DNA from: Candidatus Poribacteria bacterium
GTDB lineage: Bacteria > Poribacteria > WGA-4E > WGA-3G
NCBI GenBank assembly: GCA_965205025.1
Contig: CBDBFU010000007.1
Location: forward strand, 96,001-160,000
Direction: 5' to 3'
DNA: 64,000 bases
The notes below the pieces were generated by a model. It was not told where the DNA came from. It saw nothing but the letters and a program-made list of their open reading frames with translations, and did no database searches. Shown piece by piece: positions 48,952 through 58,396 of the stretch; the stretch's first letter is position 1, and every line of letters begins with the position of its first letter. Made by a program: the position numbers and the translations under genes.

Positions 48952-50202
48952 ATGAGTTTAACAGTTATCTATAAAGTATGTGTCTTCGTTATCATATCTG
49001 GAATGATATTATCCACTATAAGTGGTTGTAAACGCGATCCAGATTTACCAAATGATGTGTTATTGGATGGACCAATTGATCCAAATATCGTTGAAGCTAA
49101 TACCAAATTTGGTTTTAATTTGTTCAATGAGATTCTCAAAACAGAACAAGATTCAAATGTATTCATATCCCCATTTAGTATTTCTGTTGCTGTCGCTATG
49201 GCACTAAACGGAGCAGCAGGAGATACAGAGCAAGGAATGATTAACACACTTCAGATACAGAATATTGACCCAGAAGATATCAATCAAGGTTATGCAATAC
49301 TTCAAAAAAACCTTCAAACATCTGACTCTAAAGTTACGCTAACAATTGCAAATTCGCTGTGGGGTAACCAAGATTTTTCGTTTGATTCTGACTATCTTCA
49401 ACGCAATACCCAATTCTTTGATGCTGAAATAACTTCACTGGATTTTATGGATCCAGGTTCTGTGAATACTATTAATCATTGGGTCAATAATAAAACGAAC
49501 GGAAAAATACCAGAGATTATAGATAAGATTTCTTCAGATGATGTGTTATTCCTTATCAATGCAATCTATTTTAAAGGGAGTTGGCAGACCGAATTTGATC
49601 CTGCTAACACACGGGACGCTATGTTTCATTTAGTTGATGGCAGTAATAAACAGGTTCCAATGATGTTTAGAGAGGATAAATACCCGTTCTTTTACTCTAA
49701 AGAATTTCAGGCAGTCAGTCTGCCTTATGGTGATGGACAGGTAGCAATGTATATATTCTTACCATCGGTTGACTCAGATCTCAACACCTTCTTAGAAAGC
49801 TTGAATATAGAGAATTGGGAAGAATGGATTTCGCAGTTTAGGGAACAGAAAGTTGGGGTGCAAATTCCAAAGTTTAAACTGGAGTATAAAATTGAACTGA
49901 ATGAAATCCTGAAGAATCTGGGTATGGAAACTGCCTTCAATCGTACTCAAGCGGATTTCAGTCGAATGGTATCTACCGATACAACATTAACCGGTAATCT
50001 GTATATATCTAAAGTAGATCATAAAACTTTTGTAGAAGTTAACGAAGAAGGGACAGAAGCAGCAGCCGTGACAGGGATAGGTATTAGTGTTACATCGTTA
50101 CCTCCGCAGTTTATAGTTAACCGACCATTTTTCTTCGCAATTCGGGACAATGAATCAGGAACAATATTATTCATGGGTACGGTAGTAGATCCTTTGAAGT
50201 AA
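48952..50202 (+). CDS. Serpin-family lipoprotein
   Basis: Lipobox ISGC; NVFISPFSI, NAIYFKGSW, EVNEEGTEAAAVT, F.VNRPF.F.IRD. Confidence 0.95.
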   Translation: MSLTVIYKVCVFVIISGMILSTISGCKRDPDLPNDVLLDGPIDPNIVEANTKFGFNLFNEILKTEQDSNVFISPFSISVAVAMALNGAAGDTEQGMINTLQIQNIDPEDINQGYAILQKNLQTSDSKVTLTIANSLWGNQDFSFDSDYLQRNTQFFDAEITSLDFMDPGSVNTINHWVNNKTNGKIPEIIDKISSDDVLFLINAIYFKGSWQTEFDPANTRDAMFHLVDGSNKQVPMMFREDKYPFFYSKEFQAVSLPYGDGQVAMYIFLPSVDSDLNTFLESLNIENWEEWISQFREQKVGVQIPKFKLEYKIELNEILKNLGMETAFNRTQADFSRMVSTDTTLTGNLYISKVDHKTFVEVNEEGTEAAAVTGIGISVTSLPPQFIVNRPFFFAIRDNESGTILFMGTVVDPLK

Positions 50203-50211
50203 ATTGGATTT

Positions 50212-50421
50212 GTTTAAGTTAACGTTGTACTATAGGCGTCAATTTAAGGAGAAGTATGCTATAAATTTCAGGTCGGTAGGTTCGGTTTCCTAACCGAACC
50301 GGGTTTGTTCCAATTGCGTTCATAAAGTTTTTCGCGAAGGATCCAGTGCGATTAGGAAATCGCACCTACCGGCCTGGGAAAACCACTAAATTGACGCCCA
50401 TGGTTTAAGTTAACATTGTAC
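50212..50421. mobile_element. MITE (50231-50402) with an inverted REP pair and 19-bp flanking direct repeats
   Basis: TIR TATAGGCGTCAATTTA/TAAATTGACGCCCATG; direct repeat GTTTAAGTTAAC(G/A)TTGTAC at 50212 and 50403; internal GGTAGGTTCGGTT...AATCGCACCTACC. Confidence 0.8.
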
Positions 50422-50431
50422 CTACAACAAT

Positions 50432-51385
50432 ATGTACACAGTGGTATATCTAAACAATTCTAAAACACTTAACATAATAAAGTATATTGTATTCATTCTA
50501 TTGCTGATAACACCTTTTTCTGGGTTGGCATCTTGGAAAACAGGGGAGAGTGAACATTTTCGTGTATACTATCAACATGGTGTTGTCGATTCTGCATCAA
50601 TTCTTCAAATCGCTGAAATCTTCTATGCAGAGGTTCCACGGATTACACGTTATATCTCAGATGAGAAAATAGAAATTAAAGTGTGCGATACTCCAAAGGA
50701 TTTTCAATCGGCTGTCCATGCACCAATTCAGGATTGGGCAGTTGGGTGTGCATTTCCTCTTAGTCGTAGAATCATTATCCAGAATCCAACTCAGATAACT
50801 CAGGCAAAACTTCAAGTGGCTCAAGTCCTACGTCATGAAATAGCACATATTCTTTTTGGACAATACACGCAGAAAGCAGGTAATGGCGTTCCATTATGGT
50901 TTATTGAAGGAATTGCAATCTATTTGGCAAAAGAATGGGTGCCAAGTCGTCATGAAACCCTATTAAAGCATGTTTTCTCAAAATCTATTATTCCACTACA
51001 GGAACTTACCAAAAAATTTCCTACCTTACATACAGGAGCGGATCTTGCTTATGCTCAGAGTCAAGATGCATTACGCTGGTTTGTTCAAGTAAACGGAATT
51101 GAAACCCTATGGACAGTCATTGATCGGTTACATCAAGGTATGAACCTTAATAGTGCTTTTGAAGCAGTATTAGGTTATAATCTCCAAGTGTTCGACAAAC
51201 TTTGGCAAGAATCTCTTCCACAACGGTATCATTGGGCGTCTTTTCTATCCAGTTCTTATGTCTTTTGGGGTGGTCTCGGTATCTTGTTTGTACTAAGTTA
51301 TTTTATTTGTTGGCATCGGAGACGAAGACAACTTAATCAACTTGCTGATCAGGAGAACACTGTTGATCCATTTTTCAGAGATTGA
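50432..51385 (+). CDS. Peptidase MA-like zinc metallopeptidase with C-terminal TM
   Basis: HEIAH, PLWFIEGIA, AYAQS. Confidence 0.85.
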   Translation: MYTVVYLNNSKTLNIIKYIVFILLLITPFSGLASWKTGESEHFRVYYQHGVVDSASILQIAEIFYAEVPRITRYISDEKIEIKVCDTPKDFQSAVHAPIQDWAVGCAFPLSRRIIIQNPTQITQAKLQVAQVLRHEIAHILFGQYTQKAGNGVPLWFIEGIAIYLAKEWVPSRHETLLKHVFSKSIIPLQELTKKFPTLHTGADLAYAQSQDALRWFVQVNGIETLWTVIDRLHQGMNLNSAFEAVLGYNLQVFDKLWQESLPQRYHWASFLSSSYVFWGGLGILFVLSYFICWHRRRRQLNQLADQENTVDPFFRD

Positions 51386-51388
51386 TAT

Positions 51389-52366
51389 ATGAATAGTACA
51401 TTAGTTATTGGAACAGTCATACTCACCTTTTTCACATTAAATATATCTGCCCAAACTAAAGATCTTACAGAATCTACAAATCAGATGTCCCGAGATGGAC
51501 ATGTAATCCTACTACCCGAACAAGGCATTGTCTATATTGTTTCAGATTTACATGCGCATTGGAATGATTTTAATCAATGGCTGGAACAAACTCGACTCAT
51601 AGAAAGAATTGAAGCAGGTGAGGATGTCTATGGTGTTATGCTGGGTGATTCAATAGATTATAAACCTACAGAACGTCCAAAACCCCCTTATGGGGATATA
51701 CAGATCGTCAATCGAGTCATCGAATTACAACAGCAACTTGGTGAAAAAGGGAAAAGGTTAATTTACATCCGAGGAAACCATGAGTATGCTGCAGCAGAGG
51801 CTTATGCTATGTTGAAGAGTGCTGGGATGACCGAGCTGAATCGTCCCGCTTATATACGAAAATTATACAACGGACCTACAGGAAGTTATTATAGACAGTT
51901 TAATTTCATTGAACGTATGAATGATACTCATTACGATTTTCTAATTAACCTACCAACTGTCGTAGTTGGCAAAAATGGTTTTGTTGCTGTTCATGCTGGT
52001 CCTGCACGATCTATAGGCAGTTTATCTGATCTTGTTAAACCGAGTCAAAAGACTCTTGATGCAATTCTTTGGGATCGTCCTAAAATTACACGTATTGGTG
52101 GATATACATTTGAACATACGAAGAATTTTCTCAAGGCAATCAACGGTAGGTTTCTTATTGTTGGACATACTCCCATAAGTTATTTCCCACCTGAGACTAT
52201 CAGGGATAGTGTGGCACGATTAGATGGGAAGCAGTTAATATTCTCCACTGGATATGGTGGACTTCGTGGCGGACAAACCTATATTGAGATAGATTTGTCC
52301 AAGACATACACCTCAGTTGATGAACTAACATCAGGTGTGAATATCCACCGACTCTACCCAAAATAA
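51389..52366 (+). CDS. Exported metallophosphoesterase
   Basis: SDLHA, LGDSID, RGNHE, VHAG, VGHT. Confidence 0.88.
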   Translation: MNSTLVIGTVILTFFTLNISAQTKDLTESTNQMSRDGHVILLPEQGIVYIVSDLHAHWNDFNQWLEQTRLIERIEAGEDVYGVMLGDSIDYKPTERPKPPYGDIQIVNRVIELQQQLGEKGKRLIYIRGNHEYAAAEAYAMLKSAGMTELNRPAYIRKLYNGPTGSYYRQFNFIERMNDTHYDFLINLPTVVVGKNGFVAVHAGPARSIGSLSDLVKPSQKTLDAILWDRPKITRIGGYTFEHTKNFLKAINGRFLIVGHTPISYFPPETIRDSVARLDGKQLIFSTGYGGLRGGQTYIEIDLSKTYTSVDELTSGVNIHRLYPK

Positions 52367-52367
52367 A

Positions 52368-53276
52368 ATGCGTGCATTAATATATATCATGACGCCAGTC
52401 TTGATACTGACATTTATCGTTGCTTCACGGTATGTTACATGGGATAAATTAAAAGGTGTAGATACCGATAGTAAAGCCTTTAAACATCTCACTGATGCAG
52501 CACAATTCTTTCAAGATGAAGAAAGACATAAAGCCCTTCACGCATTAACCTTGGCAATACAGGATGATCCGAATTATGCTGAGGCATATATACAAAGAGG
52601 ACTAATTTATTTTCAACTTAAACGATATCAGGAAGCAATTGCAGACTATACACAAACTATATCTTTAAATAGGTTTTTTGCTGATGCTTATGCAGGACGG
52701 GGAGACGCATACCGTGCACTAAAAAACCTACCAAAGGCTCTTGATGATTATACAGTATCTATAAAAAAGAGAAGAAGTGCACAAATTTTGACGAAAAGAG
52801 CAAAATGTTATATAGAATCAGGTAGAATTGATTCCGCTCTTGATGATTATACCTATATTATAAAACGACGTCCAACAGCAATTGCATACTATAATCGAGG
52901 AAAAGCGTATTACAAGAAATACATAGTATCTGAGAATGATGTAGAAATCGCTAAACTTGCTATAAGGGATTTTGATAAGAGTATTGAGATGCAACCACTC
53001 TTTGCTTTGTCATTCTATCATCGAGGTAATATGTATGGATACTTGGGACAGTCGAATTTACAAGAAACAGATTACGCTCATACAATTGAATTGCTGTCTG
53101 ACGCATTAAGAGAATGGAAAACTGATCCGCATTTACAAATACCAATCCTATTGTGGCGCGCAGTCGCTTATGAAAAACATAATCTAACCGAGAATGCTCA
53201 GAATGATATCGTGAAGATCTATGAATTGTATACACAATATTACTTGAAAAAAGTGTCAATTTCTGATATACTATAG
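52368..53276 (+). CDS. TPR-repeat protein with N-terminal anchor
   Basis: AEAYIQRG, AYAGRG, AYYNRG repeats. Confidence 0.88.
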   Translation: MRALIYIMTPVLILTFIVASRYVTWDKLKGVDTDSKAFKHLTDAAQFFQDEERHKALHALTLAIQDDPNYAEAYIQRGLIYFQLKRYQEAIADYTQTISLNRFFADAYAGRGDAYRALKNLPKALDDYTVSIKKRRSAQILTKRAKCYIESGRIDSALDDYTYIIKRRPTAIAYYNRGKAYYKKYIVSENDVEIAKLAIRDFDKSIEMQPLFALSFYHRGNMYGYLGQSNLQETDYAHTIELLSDALREWKTDPHLQIPILLWRAVAYEKHNLTENAQNDIVKIYELYTQYYLKKVSISDIL

Positions 53277-53320
53277 GTTGGTTTAGACAATATATTTCAT
53301 AGGAGGATACAAGGTTCAAT

Positions 53321-53596
53321 ATGATAGGTGAAGCATTAGGTTTAGTCGAAACAAGAGGCTTGGTTGGGAGTATTGAAGCAGCAGATGCTATGGTAAAAGC
53401 AGCAAATGTGCGGTTAGTAGGGTACCAACAAATCGGTGGTGGATTCGTTACTGTGATGGTACGCGGAGATGTAGGTGCTGTGAAAGCCGCGACCGATGTT
53501 GGAGCTGAAGCCGCTGCACGTGTAGGAGAAGTTGTTTCAGTACATGTAATTCCACGACCACACGCCGATGTAGAAACTATTCTGCCAAATCAATAA
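53321..53596 (+). CDS. Bacterial microcompartment hexameric shell protein (EutM/PduA-like)
   Basis: [23 protein letters not shown]...[16 protein letters not shown]. Confidence 0.97.
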   Translation: MIGEALGLVETRGLVGSIEAADAMVKAANVRLVGYQQIGGGFVTVMVRGDVGAVKAATDVGAEAAARVGEVVSVHVIPRPHADVETILPNQ

Positions 53597-53654
53597 TCAC
53601 TTCCTGAACCATCCTTTGCTAAAAATTTCATAATAATAGAAAGATATAATCGAA

Positions 53655-54368
53655 ATGCCTGACCAAGACTTAGTTAAGCTAATTACCCAGCGTGTGGTGA
53701 ATCGTTTATCTAACGAACAACCTTGCAGCGGTTGTGCTTTACGGACCTGTGACGCAGGAAACCGAGCATGCGATGTTGCTGGATCACAACAGAAAATACC
53801 GGTAGGTGTATCGGCACGACACGCACATGTTACCCAAGAACACCTTGAAATACTCTACGGTCCTGGACATCAACTTACTGTCTATGCTCCACTTTACCAA
53901 CCAGAAGCATTCGCTGCAAATGAGACAGTAACAGTCGTTGGGAAACGGATGCGCGCTATTGAGCATGTACGTATACTTGGTCCCGTGAGAGATTATTCCC
54001 AAGTTGAGGTGGCACAGACGGAAGCAATTCGACTGGGTTTAAACCCACCAATTCGGGATTCTGGTGATCTCGCAGGTGCTGAAGCAATTACTCTCATCGG
54101 TCCAGCAGGGAGTGTCTATTTGGAAGAAGGAGCAATCTGTGCATCAAGACACATACATATGACACCGGAACAGGCACAGGAATTTGGACTTACAGAAAGT
54201 GATCGGGTAAGGGTACGCATTCCTGGAGAACGAGCACTTACTTTCGAGAATATACGACCGAAAATACACGAATCCTACGTACTACAAATGCATCTTGATA
54301 CGGATGATTCTAATGCCGCTGGCTTGATAGGTGGCGAAGCTGTTGAACTGGTACGTGACGAAGCATGA
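53655..54368 (+). CDS. pduL: Phosphate propanoyl/acetyltransferase PduL
   Basis: VSARHAH, QP..FA, RILGPVR..SQVE, RHIHM, MHLDTDDSNA; N-terminal encapsulation peptide. Confidence 0.93.
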   Translation: MPDQDLVKLITQRVVNRLSNEQPCSGCALRTCDAGNRACDVAGSQQKIPVGVSARHAHVTQEHLEILYGPGHQLTVYAPLYQPEAFAANETVTVVGKRMRAIEHVRILGPVRDYSQVEVAQTEAIRLGLNPPIRDSGDLAGAEAITLIGPAGSVYLEEGAICASRHIHMTPEQAQEFGLTESDRVRVRIPGERALTFENIRPKIHESYVLQMHLDTDDSNAAGLIGGEAVELVRDEA

Positions 54369-55108
54369 AACCAGAACAGATTGCTCAAATTGAGAAAATA
54401 GTTAAAGATATACTACAATCCCAGGTTAATGAAACTCAACCTTCCAATAAAAATCTTCTTGTAATCCTCGGGGCAACCGAAAAACCTTTAGATATTTTAT
54501 TCCAACAACTTGATAAATGTACGCAGGAAGGATGGAAATTACAAATTATTCTATCTGAACTGGCTACTAAGGTAATAGACCTTAATTCTATAAAATCTCT
54601 ATTCGGTGAAGACAAGGTTATCAGTGAAGAAGAATTAACAGATATACCAAGCATTGTAGAGAATTCCTCAGTAATTCTTCTGCCTGCTTTTTCCTACCCT
54701 ATGGTTGGGAAACTCGCATTGAAGTTAGTTGACACACCATGTACATATTTAGTGTATCACGCACTTTGTCAAGGGAAACAGGTTGTAGCGACAGCAGATA
54801 CATTACTTAGAAAAAAGCACTATTCAGATGAAAAAATACAACCACTTGATAAAATTAATGAAAACCATGTCAACACATTATCCGGTTTTGGCGTTATATG
54901 GGTAACAGGGGATAAGATCATTGAGGCAATTCGGGATGCAGATATATCTTATAAGGTGTTCACACAAACATCCATCATTAGTGCTTCAGTGATTGATAAT
55001 CTCGCTATAAATGTTAGGGAATTGGTATACACTGAACCGACAATAATTACACCTCTTGCCCGTGACCACGCGCGAAAACGCGGTATTAAGTTAATTCACA
55101 AACAGTAG
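54365..55108 (+). CDS. BMC-associated flavoprotein-like protein with encapsulation peptide
   Basis: QIEKIVKDIL helix; KLALKLVDTP; C-terminal IITPLARDHARKRGI; 4-bp overlap with pduL. Confidence 0.65.
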   Translation: MKPEQIAQIEKIVKDILQSQVNETQPSNKNLLVILGATEKPLDILFQQLDKCTQEGWKLQIILSELATKVIDLNSIKSLFGEDKVISEEELTDIPSIVENSSVILLPAFSYPMVGKLALKLVDTPCTYLVYHALCQGKQVVATADTLLRKKHYSDEKIQPLDKINENHVNTLSGFGVIWVTGDKIIEAIRDADISYKVFTQTSIISASVIDNLAINVRELVYTEPTIITPLARDHARKRGIKLIHKQ

Positions 55109-55264
55109 GATCCAACTACTATTTGAAGAATTACAAATTTTCATTCCTTATATCGAAATCACAGTAAATCGGTAAATTGAAAAATTAATTGAAGAAAATA
55201 AATGTATTATACATCTAAGTGTATATAACCCGATTTAACTAAAGAGTTGTATATACTTAAACCC

Positions 55265-55293
55265 TTGACAATTGTTATGAGTAATTGTATAAT
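55265..55293 (+). promoter_or_regulatory. Consensus sigma70 promoter
   Basis: TTGACA-17bp-TATAAT. Confidence 0.65.
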
Positions 55294-55481
55294 GTATCGC
55301 ATGTTAGGTTGATAATTATAATAAAATACAATTGTTCATCTTATTTGTGGTAAGGACATTACAAGACAGTATAAATATTTTATTTTGCTGATATAGCAAA
55401 TACAAGATTGTTAATATACCTACTTTTCTATGATAGAAACAGTTATAATAGTTATGAGTTATTACATGGGAGGAACGCAGG

Positions 55482-57038
55482 ATGAACCGCATTTTTTCTT
55501 ACACGATTACAGGACTTCTCATTTGCTTGATGTTTGGAACTTTGGCAGCAGTGAGTTATGCCGATTACGGTTATTACGCGGACCGCTTGAGCCGTGAACA
55601 TAGGGTCGCAAATGATGTTGATGAATGGATAGAACGAGGTAATGCTACAATAACATCGAGTCCTATTTTTGAAGATGGTATGCGACTTACTGCTTGGGCA
55701 AATACACCCCAAAATGCAGAAAATTACGAATTCGCTATAGCAAGTGGTGTGTATCTATTTGAAATTCCGCGTGGTGCACAGTCTATTGAAGTTCTAATTC
55801 GTTATAAAGGTGAACCAAATAAACTTGAAATTGACGATTACAATGAGCCAATTGCTGGACGGGTCTGGATTCGAAATATTAAAAGAGAATCAACGCGTAG
55901 CGGTTATAATGACCAGAACGCTGCTGAAACAAGATACGGCGACACTTTCTTACTACGAGCAAAAAATCGTTCTGAATCTATTAAAATTCCTGTTGCTGGA
56001 CACGTAGATAATGGGTGGATGGAACTTCATGTGGTTGCTGAAGGTGGAGAACAACTGGATGTTGAATATATAGAAGTTTCTTCATATCGTAGAGCACCAA
56101 AGGTCCGTGTAATTCAGCATTATACCCCCTCTTATAGATGGCGTCCATGGCATAGATATACATACCTCTATTTTTATGATGGACCGGTATTTTACTCATC
56201 AGGGTATAATACATATCGCTGCTGGAGTTATCCGGTTTACGACCATAACTATCTGTCAATCCGAACCTATTATGGTGGATACTTAGGTCGGTACCGTACA
56301 TACTATCCTACACGATATTCATATTATCACTCACCATACTATGCAGGATACGGTAGAACAATACCCGTTTACACCAAACGAACTCAGTTAAATAGGTGGA
56401 GCGCAAAACATGAAGTCACTCGGAAACAGTATTCTCGAAGTCGATTGGCTGTGTCTCCCCGTACTTCAGAACGTACTCAAATTCAAAATAATGTCCGTGT
56501 TGTTATAGATAACCATCGCAGACAAGCACCCGCACCGACTGAACGGGTGGCAAGATCTTCTATGATATCTCAAAGAAAAAGAACTGCTGCGACTTCGTCT
56601 GCATCACGATATAACAATGCCGTACGTACCTATAGCAACCGTTCTCGGTCTACTCAGACTTCTAACTATAGTAGACAACGAACATTGTTGAATTCACGAG
56701 TAAGTTCAAGTACGAATAGAAGTAATTTTACTACAAACAGAACGTCGCAACCATATAGAAGGTCTGTATCTTCTTCAACTCGAACCAGCTCTTCGTCCAG
56801 TTCGCAACTTCGCAGTGGTAGTTCACGAACAGAACGCACTTCGTCTGTTACACGACCAAGTACAACAAAGACAAGAACTGCACAAAGATCATCACGAGTC
56901 TCATCATCAAGTTCGCGCACCAGACCAACTACAACCACTCGTTCTTCTTCAAGTTCAAGTAGTTCTGCGAGTGACGACGATGACGATGACAACAAGAGTC
57001 GAAGTAAGACAACGGAACGGACAAGACGTAGACGCTAA
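55482..57038 (+). CDS. Secreted hypothetical protein with Tyr-rich and Arg/Ser/Thr-rich disordered C-terminus
   Basis: GGAGG RBS, signal peptide (..VSYA), beta-rich N-terminal domain, low-complexity tail. Confidence 0.75.
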   Translation: MNRIFSYTITGLLICLMFGTLAAVSYADYGYYADRLSREHRVANDVDEWIERGNATITSSPIFEDGMRLTAWANTPQNAENYEFAIASGVYLFEIPRGAQSIEVLIRYKGEPNKLEIDDYNEPIAGRVWIRNIKRESTRSGYNDQNAAETRYGDTFLLRAKNRSESIKIPVAGHVDNGWMELHVVAEGGEQLDVEYIEVSSYRRAPKVRVIQHYTPSYRWRPWHRYTYLYFYDGPVFYSSGYNTYRCWSYPVYDHNYLSIRTYYGGYLGRYRTYYPTRYSYYHSPYYAGYGRTIPVYTKRTQLNRWSAKHEVTRKQYSRSRLAVSPRTSERTQIQNNVRVVIDNHRRQAPAPTERVARSSMISQRKRTAATSSASRYNNAVRTYSNRSRSTQTSNYSRQRTLLNSRVSSSTNRSNFTTNRTSQPYRRSVSSSTRTSSSSSSQLRSGSSRTERTSSVTRPSTTKTRTAQRSSRVSSSSSRTRPTTTTRSSSSSSSSASDDDDDDNKSRSKTTERTRRRR

Positions 57039-57073
57039 ATTCGTTTCAACATAAATCGAATTTGTATAATACA

Positions 57074-57104
57074 GATGCCTCGCACAAATTTTGTGTGAGG
57101 CATC
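57074..57104 (+). terminator. Stem-loop, probable terminator
   Basis: GATGCCTCGCACAAA-t-TTTGTGTGAGGCATC. Confidence 0.65.
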
Positions 57105-57215
57105 GTTAACAATAGTATAACCATATTTATATATACCTAAATGTATTAAACAGCCATTCTTCAATATTTGAAGTTGAATAATTAGATTAGGATCTATAGT
57201 AACCCGGTACAACTG

Positions 57216-57767
57216 ATGCGGTATTTATTATTTTTTTTAATATTGCTTTTAAGCATGAAGTTTAGTTTCGCTGATGAAGCTAACGAAGAACAGATATTGA
57301 CCGAACCCGATAAATCAATAAGACTGATATCTCCAATTGGTACGATGGTACGATCCACAATAATTCCCGGTTGGGGGCAATATCACAGTCGCAACTATTT
57401 TCGGGGTGGTTTGGTACAGCTCGGAATCGCCAGTTCAGTAGTCGGTGCTTATTTAGCACATCAATCCTTTTCAACGCATTATGATAACTATTTACTCACA
57501 GCAAGCAACGAACCTGACGATTCATTTGCTGTTTTTGAAAGTTATGATGCTGCCAATCAAAAGTATAAACTCCAGATGTTCTTTATCTATTCAGGAATCG
57601 GTTTTTGGGTTTATAGCATCATTGACTCTTATGTTAGTTCAAACTTTTATAATGCCAAATCACAAATTCAATCAATAAAAGAGGATGCACAGCAAATTGA
57701 GAAATTGGGGTTACAAGTCGGAATTACTCCTTCTCGTATGTATTTAGGTTTCGTAAAAACATTTTAA
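57216..57767 (+). CDS. DUF5683-like membrane protein
   Basis: RSTIIPGWGQY, W.YSIIDSYV. Confidence 0.75.
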   Translation: MRYLLFFLILLLSMKFSFADEANEEQILTEPDKSIRLISPIGTMVRSTIIPGWGQYHSRNYFRGGLVQLGIASSVVGAYLAHQSFSTHYDNYLLTASNEPDDSFAVFESYDAANQKYKLQMFFIYSGIGFWVYSIIDSYVSSNFYNAKSQIQSIKEDAQQIEKLGLQVGITPSRMYLGFVKTF

Positions 57768-57781
57768 TTCGGAGCGATATT

Positions 57782-58342
57782 ATGATAAGGGATTTTGCAA
57801 TACTCAGTGGTCTGTTTATTTTACTCTTGTCTTTCTCTGGGTGTGGAGACGTAGACAAGTTTAACGCTACACTACCTGAGGATAGAATAGAAATAAACGG
57901 TGTTTTAAAAAGATGGCGTGAAGGGTATGAAACTGAAGATGTTGAGATGTATATTAATACCTATTGGTCACAAGGATTTCGCTATGTTTCTGACATGGGT
58001 ACAGATGGGGATAAGACCGACGATCTTATCTTTGACGATATAAGAGATGAACGAGATGCAGCAATTCGCGTATTTAGCCGATTCCAAGATATTGAGATAG
58101 AGCTGTCTAAACCACCTGAAATACAAATGAATAAAGAAGGTGATGAAGCAGAAGTTCGAAATCATTATCGAATTCAAGGATTTGTCGCCGACGGTGAGTC
58201 GCTTGAAGGTGGATTTACAGGATGGTTCGCTGAAGGAGATAACTTGTTCATTTTTCAAAAAATAGATGAAGAATGGCGTATTAGGGAATGGCATGACGAA
58301 GCCTTCAATGATGAGGAAATTCGCATTGCAAATAATCTATAG
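57782..58342 (+). CDS. NTF2/SnoaL-like lipoprotein
   Basis: Lipobox FSGC; W..GYE.ED...Y, F.K.DEEWRI. Confidence 0.7.
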   Translation: MIRDFAILSGLFILLLSFSGCGDVDKFNATLPEDRIEINGVLKRWREGYETEDVEMYINTYWSQGFRYVSDMGTDGDKTDDLIFDDIRDERDAAIRVFSRFQDIEIELSKPPEIQMNKEGDEAEVRNHYRIQGFVADGESLEGGFTGWFAEGDNLFIFQKIDEEWRIREWHDEAFNDEEIRIANNL

Positions 58343-58396
58343 CAAACATATTGAAAGAATGGAGAGAGTTTTCCCGTTTAATGGGAATGATAATCT

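Noticed and set aside
56666-56995. Antisense Leu/Glu/Val-rich ORF
   Set aside because: Shadow of the Ser/Arg/Thr low-complexity coding strand
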